The notes under the pieces: model-generated
Seen by the model: the letters and a program-made list of their open reading frames with translations, nothing else
What the model was told of the DNA's origin: nothing
Database searches by the model: none
Made by a program: the position numbers and the translations under genes
Assembly: GCF_006345805.1 (NCBI RefSeq)
Contig: NC_043018.1
Span: 558,001 to 622,000 of the forward strand
Reading direction: 5' to 3'
DNA: 64,000 nucleotides
DNA from: Octopus sinensis
Taxonomy: Eukaryota
In this document: positions 1-13,831 of the stretch, one piece after another
Layout: each line of letters starts with the position of its first letter
Position numbering within the stretch: the stretch's first letter is position 1

Positions 1-55
1 TCTGTCCTTGTTTGTCCCCTCTATGTTTAGCCCCCTGTGGGTAGTAAAGAAATAT
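1..55 (+). mobile_element. 3' tail of tRNA-derived SINE family A (continues upstream of window)
   Basis: TCTGTCCTTGTTTGTCCCCTCTATGTTTAGCCCC...TAAAGAAATA matches the tail of the full copy at 222-454. Confidence 0.85.
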
Positions 56-60
56 ATACT

Positions 61-148
61 AGAAGACGTTTGTTCAAAGTTCCACGCGGTGGGGCTGAAT
101 CCTGAACCATGTGGATGGGAAGCACTCTTCTTACCACACAGCCACTCT
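61..148 (-). mobile_element. SINE family B head fragment
   Basis: Reverse complement resembles the head of the full copy at 9840 (GAGTGGCTGTGTGGTAAG...). Confidence 0.65.
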
Positions 149-221
149 TCGATCTGAGGAACTTAACGTGTTTCTACATTTGTATATACATTGTTGATGG
201 TACGTATAACCAAATAAAAAA

Positions 222-454
222 AGGCGTCGAGCTGGCAGAAACGTTAGCGCGCCGGGCGAAATGCTTAGCGGTATTTCGTCTGCCGTTATGTTCTCAGTTC
301 AAATTCCGCCGAGGTCGACTTTGCCTTTCATCCTTTCGAGGTCGATTAAATAAGTACCAGTTACGCACTGGGGTCGATGTAATCGACTTAATACCTATGT
401 CTGTCCTTGTTTGTCCCCTCTATGTTTAGCCATTTGTGGGTAATAAAAGAAATA
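222..454 (+). mobile_element. tRNA-derived SINE family A, full length, 17-bp TSD
   Basis: Pol III-like head (GAGCTGGCAGAAACGTTAGC; GTTCAAATTCC), central GCCTTTCATCCTTTCG domain, AAAGAAATA tail. TSD GGTACGTATAACCAAAT at 199-215 and 455-471. Confidence 0.9.
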
Positions 455-743
455 GGTACGTATAACCAAATTTAACTGTTATATATTTTAATTGCCTATA
501 TTGATTATTTAATCTCTTTTATTTTGTGTAAGCTTGAACCATGCTCTTATAGGGAAATGTATTTGTGTTTCCTTTCTGCTGCGGTATATAATTAGAAACA
601 ATGTGCAAAGGAATTCGCAGAAAATCAATCTGTTTTAAATAAAAGGATTTAGTTCCGACAATTTATATATGAAATCAGTTTGATTATTATTAGTTTGGTT
701 CATTTGTAATTAAATTTCCGTTCTGAATATGAATAATTTCTTT

Positions 744-883
744 ACACGTCAAACAGCCACATGCATATTGTAACACATATCTCATCATTCATTTTTGTAG
801 CTAGATTATACTCAGAAAACGGTGTCATTTTTCGGATTGCATGAAACACGCTGAAATATCCGGTATATCTGACATAACCTGGT
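744..883 (+). repeat. 140-bp repeat, inverted partner of 5181-5320
   Basis: Reverse complement of 5181-5320 with about 5 mismatches by manual alignment. Confidence 0.9.
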
Positions 884-1201
884 TTCATCAGATTGATGAC
901 TATGCTTATAATTCCTCAAAGGAAATTATATATGCGTTCGATTCCTTCATTCCAATTCAATATTTAATTTGAAGAAAATGCAGATTTCCTTCACAAAGCT
1001 ATATAGTTTTTGCGCTAAATGACAGAAAAAAAAATCACCAATAGTTTCCATTCCGTTTTGTTTTGTGCGGTTGATTTGTGTAAATCAAAATTACAAATTC
1101 ATTTATGTTGTAAATAAATGATCTGCTGAAGTATTACAGTTTAATATGGCAAGTAATCCGTCTATTTTGTGACTGGTGCTTGTATTGCTATTGTTATATT
1201 A

Positions 1202-1860
<659 letters not shown>

Positions 1861-1961
1861 ATAACAATATCTGTTTCAACACAGTATTTCACGTGAGGAA
1901 TCTTGCAAAACAAATTCATAAGCGTATATATATATATATACTTAGACCAAAGCGCCGTATC

Positions 1962-1999
<38 letters not shown>

Positions 2000-2014
2000 C
2001 AGACACACACATAC

Positions 2015-3512
2015 ACACTCCGTTTTATGTTTATTCTAACTTGTAAAGTTTTATATCTTTTTTATTAATGGACATCTTTACGTTTCAGGTTCGATATGTG
2101 ACTGTTAATAATGTCATGTACAAAAGAAGCCTTGGGACTGAATTTAAAAGAGGCCGTGTTGTGGGTCATTCTGAATGTGGACATAGCGTAAAATCTCAGA
2201 AAACCTTGGGAACCGGCTTTTTACAGTTAAGAGAATGATTGTGCAATTCCTTGTTGCCAGGTCTCTGACACAGCAGACGTGGTCGATGTCAGTCCCAGAA
2301 CAGCTATTAGGTATCTTCACAAACTTGGTTACTATCGCTGAGCAGCAAGAAGAATGTCACTTCTTTGAGCAGCCAGAATAAAGCGGAGAAAAGATTGGGC
2401 CAGAGAGATGGTCACTAGCATTTTCGGAGACTATCATATTCTCTGACGAGTCTCGATTTGCTGCATTTTCCGACAGTGGTCGAGTGTGGGTTTGGAGCGG
2501 AGAATCTGTCATCAAGGATTTGATGTGAAAAGATTGCAGCCATCTATAAAACACAGCTGATATTCTGTGATTGTCCGGGGAGCAATTTATGAGCATTGGG
2601 TGGAGGCGCAATGACCCAGTGGTTAGGGCAGCGGACTCGCGGTCATAGGATCGCGGTTTCAATTCCCAGACCGGGCGTTGTGAGTGTTTATTGAGCGAAA
2701 ACACCTAAAACTCCACGAGGCTCCGACAGGGGATGGTGGTGATCCCTGCTGTACTCTTTCACCACGACTTTCTCTCACTCTTACTTCCTGTTTCTGTTGT
2801 ATCTGTATTTCAAGGGGCCGGCCTTGTCACTCTCTGTGTCACGCTGAATATCCCCGAGAATTACGTTAAGGGTACACGTGTCTGTGGAGTGCTCAGCCAC
2901 TTACACGTTAATTTCACGAGCAGGCTGTTCCGTTGATTCGGATCAATGGGAACCCTCGTCGTCGTAACCGACGGAGTGCTTCCATATGAGCATTGGATGA
3001 ACATTGGTTTGCGAGGGAAAATATGAGCATGTGTCCATATTGCAGAAGATAAATATATATCCATATTGCAGAAAGAGGTCCTTCCAATCTTCTCCAGTGA
3101 TGAAAAGATTAAAGGAGACGTTTTATTTATGGAAGATGGAGCTCTTTGTCACACGGTTAAAATGACCCAAAAAAGCTTCTGTGGCTGAGCCAGTCACGAG
3201 ATATGAACTCTATTGAACACCTGTGGGACATAATGGACAGGACACTTGATAAAAAGATTAAGAAAGCATCCTCAAGTCATATTTTTTGAGATGACTGCAC
3301 GAAACGTGGCAAGAAATTCCACAAGAGAATATTCGTCATCTCATCAATAACATACTTGCATTGAAAAATGCGAAGGGCATGTCTACTCAATATTAAATAT
3401 TCACTTTATAAGAATCGATAAATAATTTGAATCTATAATTTCAGATTTAAATAAATGTTAATGATTATAAGGGTGTCTATTTGCTTCTGTCATATCTGAG
3501 TATATATTTAAA
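2015..3512 (+). pseudogene. Degenerate Tc1 (DD34E-type) transposon interrupted by a SINE
   Basis: Frame fragments TEFKRGRVVG, IIFSDESRF, FMEDGALCHT, SQSRDMNSIEHLWD and terminal AKGMSTQY* match Tc1 transposase motifs. Many stops and frameshifts; ends approximate. Confidence 0.8.
2600..2984 (+). mobile_element. tRNA-derived SINE family C, 12-bp TSD
   Basis: Head TGGAGGCGCAATGACCCAGTGGTTAGGGCAGCGGAC with B box GTTTCAATTCCC. TSD TATGAGCATTGG at 2588-2599 and 2985-2996. Confidence 0.9.
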
Positions 3513-5180
3513 CAGCTAGTTGGGATGTTAAACTGTAAAGGGGAATTATAGTTGTACACTAAACGCATTTTAGCTCTTATTCTTAGCAATGTAGGTCTCT
3601 TGACACCCTTAGTCACGTTTACCTGACGACTATAATATTCATATATGTGTGTGTGCGCGCGCGCATGCTTCTGTTTGTGTGTCTGTGTATGTGTCTTCGT
3701 GTGTCGGTGTCTCTATCAGTTTCTGTGATATAACATACATATTCTAAATAGTTTATCTTTAAAATGATTATTAAAGTGCATATGTGTGTTAAAAAGTTCT
3801 TTTATTTTTCTGATGAAAAGAATATAATATATGGAATAAAGGTGGTTCTAAAAATTTGTGATAGAAATATATGGACTAAAAATCTAATAAAATTATTTGA
3901 TAAGCAGATTTTTATATTCATTGAACGTGCTCTGTGGAATAAAATTCGACAGATATGTTTATAAAGGATTCTATGTATGTGAGTGCACGTTTATATATGT
4001 ATAAATACGTCTCGGTTGGAATACCAAAAGCTACGAGAAATATTTTTATATTGTATATTTAGATCATTATACTATTTTTATTGTTACAAATTTATAATTT
4101 GTATTATTTTGTCCATATAAAGAACATTTCTTATAGTTCATATGCACTATTTCAAGAACTCGAGAAAGTTTTGTGAATCAAAAACAAAACCAGAAAACTC
4201 GGTTAGAAAAACAGCTCAAAGTAATTCTCCCTATTCTAAATGATTTAATTGTTTGATATTTTGCTGCCTTCGAAACAATGGAATTCTGAAAATTTGAGGA
4301 ATGCTAAGTGAAAATTGCCAGCAGGAATATGAAACTTTTTTCCATTTACCAGCATGGATATTAGGGAGCTGAAATATTCTTGCAGTTTTTATATTAAAGT
4401 TGTGAGTGTATATTACGTGTTTATTTTATTGTTTAATGATGTTTGAAAAAAATATGTTTTATATCTCATAACAGTAATGTATGCAATAAAACGTTATAAA
4501 AATTATAAATGTGTCTTTTTAGAATAAACAGAATTTCATAGATACTTGCTCACAGTACACACAAACGCAAACTTAACAAGACACACACACACAATTTCAT
4601 CCTCAAATGCATACTGACATATACTCTGTCGTTCTTTCGAGACCTTGTTAAATAACACACATTCATATACACATACATATACTAAACATGCACACATACA
4701 TACACAATAGCATGCACACCCTTATTCCTAGCGTTAACATTTCGTATGAAATTTGATAAAGAATTTAGTAATGAATATATTGTCTGAAAAATTAGAGATA
4801 TTTATTCAGGTTACGTGTGTTCGTTTGTCTCTTTCATCAGATTTGTGTCGATATTTTAAATCCAAGATAATGATATTTAACCAGAGATTAAAAGAAGACA
4901 TGTATGATGTCATCATCATACTTGCAACGTGCATCATAATGAATCTCAAAACACCAACACAACGTTTACATGAACGAGGCTCTCTCGAGAACACAGCCAC
5001 ACAAATTTTTATTTCTTGGGTTTTCCAGTAGACGTCTTTAACACTTGATCACATTCAAGTCTCACTCAGAATTTGCTGGCATATATTTTCAGACTGTGGA
5101 AGTCATAGAATGAAAGTCACACATTAGCCATTGAAAAGCACTGGGACATTTATTGGGACATTGAAAAGCACTGGTTATGC

Positions 5181-5320
5181 ACCAGGTTATGTCAGATATA
5201 CCGAATATTTCAGCGTGTTTCATGCAATCCGAAAAATGACACCGTTTTCTGAGTATAATCTAGCTACAAAAATGAATGATGAGATATGTTTAACAATATG
5301 CATGTAGCAGTTTGACGTGT
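5181..5320 (-). repeat. 140-bp repeat, inverted partner of 744-883
   Basis: See 744-883. Confidence 0.9.
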
Positions 5321-5559
5321 GGTACGACGTTGGTACGACTGGTGGAAAACAATCGTACCAACCGTGACCAGTTCATTGGCGTGATTCAAACAGGCAAAAA
5401 AAAAAACATACACGTAACCTCGAGAAAACGAATATCTATATAACAAGCATGTGATTTTGTTGCTACTGCTTGTCGCGATGTAGCTGCAGATGGGTAAATC
5501 TGGTTAATTTTTAGAACAACAGCGTAAAATATGGAGGAGATTTAGCTGCGTAGAAGACA

Positions 5560-6866
5560 ATCCCACCATTGCGTATGACAATGATGTCCAACGTGTATAT
5601 TCGCTTCATGTACCAGCAGGCAATAATTAATAATTACTCTGAATACGGTCATCGCTAGTTAAGCGCTGGTCATTAGCAGTATTTTCTAAACGTCTCACTG
5701 GATTTATTTGACATCACATTGATTGCTGCTTTAGTAATTAATTTCAATATTGAAACTTCTATGATACGGTTATCATTGATGTTGATGTTGCTGAATTTGC
5801 TTTGGCTCCTGAGTATAGCGTTTAGCCCATGGTCATTTAGAAAATCTGTGATGGGAAGCAGTTCAGTCTTCACTATACCATTATTTATATAAGCGTTTTT
5901 CACCCTTTAGTACATTCTCAAATAAGTCTTCATTGTAAAGACTGCGACGTTATGGATTCGTGGTGATTTAGCTTCTAGACATAGCTGACAGTGCTACCGT
6001 GTAAACGCTTCATATTCACTTTCAGAAGGTTTGATAAAATTGATGTTATGGAACTTTGGTACTTTTGATAATTGCTTTCCTATCACTCATTCCTCATCAG
6101 CAAATTTATGTCGATAATTTTCTCTTTTATTAACTTAAATATATGATTGGAATTATCATGGCGAGAATTTTCTCCTTAATGGCATTTGCAAAGCTTTTCC
6201 GTAGAGTAATTACTCATTATGAAAATAGATTATATGGAGACGCCAATTTATATATAGTTTATATTGTTTTGTTTTTTTCATAAGTTTGCTTCACTAAAGC
6301 CGTAGGCAGTTCCTTGTGTAATTGTGACCAGTCACATTGTGGTTGCTAATGGATGGAATAATGAAAACTGTTTCCATAACAGATTGTCTGAAAAATATTC
6401 GTTTTTAGCATTAAATATATTGATTTCGTCTACGAACTATGTCTAACCTCTAATCTTAATGACGTACCAAGTTGGAGGACAATACTTCTAAAATATAAAT
6501 CATACCGAAGCTTCCGGTTCTTATTGGATATTTAGATTTTAAGCACAATAGTGATATATCAATGCTGTAATCATTTACAGAGTAAATTATCAAAACCGGT
6601 GAAGAAGAGAAGCAACTTAGACCAGTTATTAAATTACCTTTATAGTAAGCGTCTGTTGGATAACTACGACAGCTAACTTATGACGGATAAATGTAAGATA
6701 CAGGTGAGACAATACAACAATACAGACTACGTGGGATATATTTGCCACCAAACACAGAAAAATATACAATATAATTAAATTCTAAAATCCTGCGTTTCAT
6801 TTCTATATCACCAAATTGATTTGGTTTAAAGATACATTTAAGGGCGTCCACTATTGTTCTGTTCAT
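5560..6866 (-). pseudogene. Possible highly decayed Helitron Rep/helicase remnant
   Basis: Weak motif echoes in plausible order and spacing: GKYIPRSLYCCIVSPVSY (cf. YYLRLLL..V.GPTSF) and, about 1 kb downstream, MSNKSSETF (cf. DE..MS.K..FE). Not decisive. Confidence 0.2.
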
Positions 6867-6882
6867 TACGGTGTTTTCTAAT

Positions 6883-7225
6883 TAGTAGCTTGTTTACGAA
6901 CCACATGGTTCCGGATTCAGTCCCTCTGCGTAGCACCTTGGGCCAGTATCTTCTACTATAGCCTCGGGCCGACCAAAGCCTTGTGGGTGGATTTGGTAGA
7001 CAGAAACTGAAAGAAGCCCGTCGTATATATATATATATATATATATATCTGTGTGTGTGTTCTTGTGTGTCTGTGTTTGTTCCCCCAACATCACTTGACA
7101 ACCGATGCTGGTATGTTTACATCCTCGTAACTTAGCGATTCCGCAAAAGCGACCGATAGATTTAGTACTGGGTTTTCAAACAATAAGTCCTGGGATCGAG
7201 GTAATCAATTGAAGTTGAAGGCAGC
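6883..7225 (+). mobile_element. SINE family B (internal TA/TG microsatellite)
   Basis: Collinear with the copy at 9840-10210. Confidence 0.85.
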
Positions 7226-7257
7226 TTCTCTTGTGTTTAAATGTACATTATATAAAT

Positions 7258-7278
7258 AAATATATATATATATATAAC

Positions 7279-7347
<69 letters not shown>

Positions 7348-7570
7348 ATATGTATATGTATATATATATATATAATATGTATGCTTTATATATATAATAT
7401 GTATATATATCTATATATATGTATATATATATATATGTATATATATATACATATATATGTGTATATATATATATATACATACATACATGTATATGTACAT
7501 ATATATATATATATATATATACATACATACTATATATGTACACACATACATATATATGTATATATATATG

Positions 7571-7605
<35 letters not shown>

Positions 7606-7666
7606 GTATGTATGTATGTATGTATGTATGTATGTATGTATATATGTATGTATGTATGTATGTATG
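7258..7666. repeat. (TA)n/(TATG)n compound microsatellite
   Basis: Direct reading. Confidence 0.95.
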
Positions 7667-8536
7667 ATATTCATGATATAAAATGAATTCCATTTATTCC
7701 AGGCTCATAAATGTTACTTTGAGGGGATGTTTAAATCACCTATTTTATCGTTTCCCAATCAATAGTGATGCCCGCATACACACACAAATACACACGCAAA
7801 CACACACACAAACACACACACACACTTGCTCAAACACGTACAAATAGACACACGTACTCTCTATTACACACACACACACGTAAACACCCGCAAAGACACA
7901 CACGCACACACTCACAAGTATATGCATTTAGGCACGCACGTACCTGATTGCACAAAGAGTGTGTTTCAGATTTTGCTACGCACAGAAACATATGATGGAG
8001 AACGAATGATTATAATTTCGGCAATAATAGAGAATTACAATGGTAGCGGCCGACTAGGAAGTCTTCTAAAATGTATGAAATATCTTGTTAAATTTTTAAG
8101 GAAACTTTCCGCGAATTCTATGCTAAGATGCCATTGTTCCATGCATTCTAATGAATATTCATGGAATGATTGAGTATCGTTTGTGGTAATATGATGTAGC
8201 AAAAGTTATTGAATGATTTTAATTAGCTTGCAGAGGGAGACGTGCAATTTTGCCACACAAGAGCTGAAAATGATTGTTGTACATACAATAAATAAATGAA
8301 ACAAACAATTGTGAGAAAGTTATACCTCAATTTTCCTATAATTATTGTAATTTAATTTCGCCATTCCATGCACATATGACTGTTTGTATGCATTCTTGAA
8401 CATTTTTGAGCAGACACACACACTCATATGCGCACATACACACATAGACATACACGCGCACACACGTATAAGTATGTATGCATATACGTATATGTTTATA
8501 TATGTATATTTATACATATAGATATAAATATGTACA

Positions 8537-8589
<53 letters not shown>

Positions 8590-9410
8590 TATAATTATAT
8601 ATAATATTTCTCTACATACAAACACACACACACACATATATATATATGCAAATAAATGTTATATGCGTATATGTATACATAAATATATGTAGTTAGATAC
8701 TTTAGAAGGTGGATAGCTAGATACAGTGTTTTTATTATATATAATATATATATATATATAATATATATATAATTATATATATATATATATAGGTATGTAT
8801 ATAGGTTTTGGTGTAACAATGTATCTAGCTATTCATCTACTAAAGCATCTATATCTATATATATATGTATATATATATATGTATATGTGTAATATATATA
8901 TATATATATATATATATAACCACATCAATTCTAGGCGTGTGGGTGTGTATAAATGTGCATCTGCAGAAAAATGCAAATTTATTTTCTATAGGCTGGTAAT
9001 TAATGGACGTTGTGTTACATATCTGCAGGTGCGCGCACGTATGTGTGCGTGTGCATTGTGTGTATGTGTGCGCGTATGTATGGGCGTGTGCGAGTTTTTT
9101 TTTTCTGCATGTGTATGTGTGGGTATGTGAATGTGTACTTACGTGTAGGCTAGAAATATTAATGTATCACCGATGTTTGATGGAATTATTTTTAGGCATG
9201 AAATTGCGAAATGTTCGTTATCCTCAGATCAAGGTTTCATGTTAGAAAATGTTCTTTGAGAAATAAAGAAAGATGTAGTAGATGCAATGCCGAAGCGTTA
9301 TAATGGAATATTTTATGATGCATGCAACCAATTCTTCGTGAAATTTTGCTTCGTGATTGGAATATAATTTCCAGTGTAAGATGTGCTGCATTAGAAATAT
9401 ATAATGTCAC

Positions 9411-9838
9411 TATGTATGTATGTATGTATGTATGTATGTATGTATGTATGTATGTATGTATGTATGTATGTATGTATGCATGTACGTATGTATGTATGTA
9501 TGTATGTATGCATGTATGTATGTATGTATGTATGTATGTATGTATGTGTGTATGTATGTATGTATGTATGAATGTATGTGTGTATGTATGTATGTATGTA
9601 TGTGTGTATGTATGTATGCATGTATGTATGTATGTATGTATGCATGTATGTCTGTCTGTCTGTATGTATGTATGCATCTATGTATGTATGTATGTATGTA
9701 TGTATGCGTGTATGTATGTATGTATGTATATATGTATGTATGTATGTATGCATGTATGTATGTATTTATGTACGTATGTATGTATGTATGTATTTATATA
9801 TGTGCGTGTATATGGATGCACGTATGTAATTATGTATG
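9411..9838. repeat. (TATG)n tetranucleotide tract
   Basis: Direct reading. Confidence 0.95.
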
Positions 9839-9839
9839 T

Positions 9840-10210
9840 AGGCGCAGGAGTGGCTGTGTGGTAAGTAGCTTGCTAACCAACCACACGGTTGCGGGTTCAG
9901 TCCCACTGCGTGGCATCTTGGGCAAGTGTCTTCTGCTATAGCCCCGGGCCGACCAATGCCTTGTGAGTGGATTTGGTAGACGGAAACTGAAAGAAGCCTG
10001 TCGTATATATGTATATATATGTATATGTGTGTGTGTTTGTGTGTCTGTGTTTGTCCCCCTAGCATTGCTTGACAACCGATGCTGGTGTGTTTAGGTCCCC
10101 GTCAATTAGCGGTTCGGCAAAAAGAGACCGATAGAATAAGTACTAAAAGGTGGTGCTCCATCATGGCCGCAGTCAAATGACTGAAACAAGTAAAAGAGAG
10201 TAAAAGAGAG
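9840..10210 (+). mobile_element. tRNA-derived SINE family B, near full length
   Basis: Head GGCGCAGGAGTGGCTGTGTGGTAAG, B box GGTTCAGTCCC, CTTGGGCAAGTGTCTTC domain, tail GACTGAAACAAGTAAAAGAG. Confidence 0.9.
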
Positions 10211-10352
10211 TATGTATGTATCTATATATGTATGTGTGTATGTTAGAATATATAGATGGACGTATGTGTGCTTGTATATGTGTATGCATACATGTATGTA
10301 TGAATGTAGTCATGCTTTTATGTTGTATTTACGTAGCAGTCTAACCATCTAT

Positions 10353-10393
<41 letters not shown>

Positions 10394-10459
10394 ACGATGT
10401 AAATGAGTGCTCAACATTTCATTTCTTTATTTGCGAATTAAAGCAACCATTGGTTTCAT

Positions 10460-11075
10460 TTTAAAAATAGAAAGAAATATATAGAGCCGGCCTAGGGTCG
10501 CACGATTTCAGGCCATTTCGCAAGAACAGTATAAAAGAGATGAAAGAGGCAGTGGTACACGAAGTGAGAAAGGAGGGAAAAGAAAGGCGAAATGTACATT
10601 TGGTGCAATGTAGCCAGCAGGGACAGTGCCTGAGATGGGAGAAATACGTGATCAGCCGCAGAATATCATGGAAGGAAATTCGGGCTTGGGAATAAGCAAG
10701 AACATCCTTCCTGATCAAGTCTACTTTTGACGTTCTACCCTTACAGGCGAACTTAGTCCGGTGGACCATAAAATCAACCGATGAGTGTAGATGCGGAGAG
10801 AAAGCGATGGTTAGACGTGTTCTGTCACACTGCAGACTTGTACTAGGAAGGAATACATGGCACCATAATCAAGTCCTCGGCGTCATAAGCGCAGCACTCA
10901 AGGAGAAGATCGAGAGCGAACCCAAAAGTGGAAAAGCGCAAGAAAGTATACTTCCAGGAGGAAGAAAAAGGATATAAAATCAGGCCTACAAGTAAAGTAT
11001 ACGAGATAGACGAAAGATGGAAGGAATACTGGGAGGTGGCCACGGATTTGGAAAGACAAGTAATATTTCCACTAA
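10460..11075 (+). pseudogene. Fragment of an RLE-type non-LTR retrotransposon (HERO-like C-terminal/zinc-knuckle region)
   Basis: Manual translation QQGQCLRWE...ISWKEIRAWE*ARTSFLIKSTFDVLP..ANLVRW...CRCG...VLSHC...GRNTWHHNQVL resembles the HERO-clade pattern QQG.W.RWE...SFLI.S.YDVLP...GRYTWRHNQVL. Confidence 0.6.
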
Positions 11076-11199
11076 TAAAAACGTCATAGTTTCATTGGCT
11101 CAGTATGAAGGAGTGATGCTATGTCATTGACATTCTCCGTTCATTAACTTCAGCACCTCTTCATATTACATGTATTGTATTATCAAGTAAACTCAGATT

Positions 11200-11540
11200 T
11201 GATCGTTCAAAGAAGTGTTAAAATACAACTAGTAGCGGCATCACTTGAAAATCGACAAAATTTAGCATCCTGATGTCCGGTCGCAGCAGAATTCATGTTT
11301 GGTCCCCGCTCCCATGGCCATCTGCGCTGATATCGTTAATTCATTTGTGGCTGACGCACCAGCTTTATCAGCTGTGCAAATGCGAGCATCTAGATTTAGG
11401 AGAGGAAAGAGGAGTCTTTAAGACCACAGATGATAAGGACATTGTGCAGCTACCACAGCCGAGGAAATCATTGAGCGTTTTCACTACCTGTTGATAGATG
11501 ACACGCTGTTTATTATAAATTAAATAGCCAATGCTATCAA
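11200..11540 (+). pseudogene. mariner transposase N-terminal fragment
   Basis: Translation DAPALSAVQMRASRFRRGKRSL*D...ATTAEEIIERFH resembles mariner HTH region APALSTVQKW..EF.RGR.SLED.PRSGRP. Confidence 0.6.
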
Positions 11541-11548
11541 CATATACC

Positions 11549-11957
11549 TATTTCTTTATTACCCACAAGGGGCTAAACACAGAGGGGACAAACAAGGACA
11601 GACATAGGTATTAAGTCGATTATATCGACCCCAGTGCGTAACTGGTACTTAATTTATCGACCCCGAAATGATGAAAGGCAAAGTGGGCCTCGGCGGAATT
11701 TGAACTCACAACGTAACGGCAGACGAAATACCTATTTCTTTACTACCCACAAGGGGCTAAACACAGAGGGAACAAACAAGAACAGACAAACGGATTAACT
11801 CGATTATATCTACCCCAGTGCGTAACTGGTACTTATTTAATCGACCCCGAAAGGATGAAAGGCAAAGTCGACCTCGGCGGAATTTGAACTCAGAACGTAA
11901 CGGCAGACGAAATACCGCTAAGCATTTCGCCCGGTGTGCTAACGTTTCTGCCAGCTA
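11549..11957 (-). mobile_element. SINE A with one head and two tandem bodies
   Basis: Internal junction GACGAAATACCTATTTCTTT near 11730. The 10-mer AACATATACC flanks the element on both sides (likely TSD). Confidence 0.85.
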
Positions 11958-11992
11958 TAAACATATACCGTGATAGAGTCGAAAATTATAGA

Positions 11993-12230
11993 CGCAGGCG
12001 TGGGTGTGTGGTAAACAGATTGCTTACGAACAACATCATTCCGGTTTCAGTCCCACTGCGCTCTAAATTGGGCAAATGCTTTCTATTGTGTCCTCATGCA
12101 TGGATATGTGCATGGATATCGTAAACGGAAACTGGAAGGAGCCCGTCATATAAATATATGCATATATACATCTGTGTGTGTGTGCGTTCAGGCCAGTGTT
12201 TTTTACCCTCAACGCAGCTAAGAATGTACA
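11993..12230 (+). mobile_element. Degenerate SINE B
   Basis: GGTTTCAGTCCCACTGCG...TTGGGCAAATGCTTTCTATT...ACGGAAACTGGAAGGAGCCCGTC. Confidence 0.7.
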
Positions 12231-12234
12231 CTAC

Positions 12235-12266
<32 letters not shown>

Positions 12267-12389
12267 TTATACTATATATATATATATATTATATAATTTC
12301 AACAATTGAGGGCAAAAATTAATTAATTATTAATCAATTCACCAGTGTTCAGTATGCAAAGGGACCATTCAAGCGAATTCAAATATTAC

Positions 12390-12625
12390 ATTATATAAAA
12401 GGGCTTAGTAAAATAAATTACTTTGCCGCATACTGAACTCATTAGAAATAGCAGCTAAAAAACTTTTTTAAAGCTATTTCTAATACTTAAGAAAAAGGCA
12501 AAGTCGACCTCGGCGGAATTTTCTTTAAGTATTAGAAATAGCTTTAAAAAAGTTTTTTAGCTGCTATTTCTAATGAGTTCAGTATGCGGCAAAGTAATTT
12601 ATTTTACTAAGCCCTTTTATATAAT
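12390..12625. repeat. Near-perfect hairpin, ~106-bp arms, 23-nt loop derived from SINE A
   Basis: 12390-12495 is the reverse complement of 12519-12625 with one extra T. Loop is AGGCAAAGTCGACCTCGGCGGAA. Confidence 0.9.
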
Positions 12626-13621
12626 ATATATATATATATATATCGATGAATTTCAAAATCACAACATCTGTACATTCTTAAATACAGTTTCAATTGTTTT
12701 AATCTGGATTTGCTTTTGAAACTTGAGTGAGGATTTCCTGCTAATTCCTGAATTCAGACAGATGTAAAAGATATCCCTGGTTGAATAGTTCTGGAACCAA
12801 ATCAAAAATATTTAGTTACAATATTATTCTTCGATTCTCCAAGTCTGAATTTTGTCAGACTCTGGAGATGACGGCCATTCTAAAAACTTTTATTGAAGGA
12901 ATCAACTATAAACGATAGTTCACTCAATGCTACCCACTGGGGACCAGCGCAGTAATCGAGTAAATCTTAGTGCCACTTACTATGCTGGTAAAGGTGCCAC
13001 GTAGGGAGGGCGTTCAATCGGAGAGCGTGTTAGGCGCGCTTTCCCATCAGGCAGCTTCCAGGTGTACATGGACAAAATATGGAAATATTCTTGTCATGAA
13101 AGGTTTCTGAGATAGTAATCCTAACCAGAGAGAATAGAGAAAGCGAATGCTAGCCAAGTGGAGGGAATTCAGAATCTTTAAAACAACCGAACAATGACTT
13201 GTCGATAGCGTCAATAACTTTTATATCCATGCATTATTAAAGTCATTTTCGACCGTTTTAATTTATCATTCCCTTTGAGATTTGAGCGACGATATTCTGC
13301 AAGTTCTTGAATTTAGCCAGACGGAAGTTATCACTGCCTGAATAGTTCTGGACACCCTCTTCCCTCCCATACGTACACACACATAAAGAGTGTATGTATG
13401 TATACGTCCAATAATAAACTTCGGATCTCCAAGTCTGAAATTTCTTAGCCTCTAGAGGTGATGGCCATTAAAAAAAAAGTTATTTATTGAATTGCCAACT
13501 ATAAACAACATTTGTCACAATGCTACCCTCTTGGGAGAAGCGAAGCAGTCGTTTAAATATTCAATGACACGTCAGCGATTTAAACACTCAGACACACAGA
13601 AACACGGACACACACACACGG

Positions 13622-13653
<32 letters not shown>

Positions 13654-13831
13654 ACACATGCTCTTACACTAACCCAAACACACATAGGCGTACAGGCACT
13701 CGGGCGAACGCAAACGTAAAAACGCTCATACATACGTACTCTTATACGCATCGTAGATCCCAGTCTTTCGTCGAAGAGTGGACACTGGTCCGAACAACTG
13801 AATTGCAGTATAAGTGGTTCTTGAGTTGGCG

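Noticed and set aside
2600-2670. tRNA genes at SINE heads (families A, B, C)
   Set aside because: A/B-box-like heads run directly into SINE bodies with TSDs, and no complete cloverleaf or terminator was seen.
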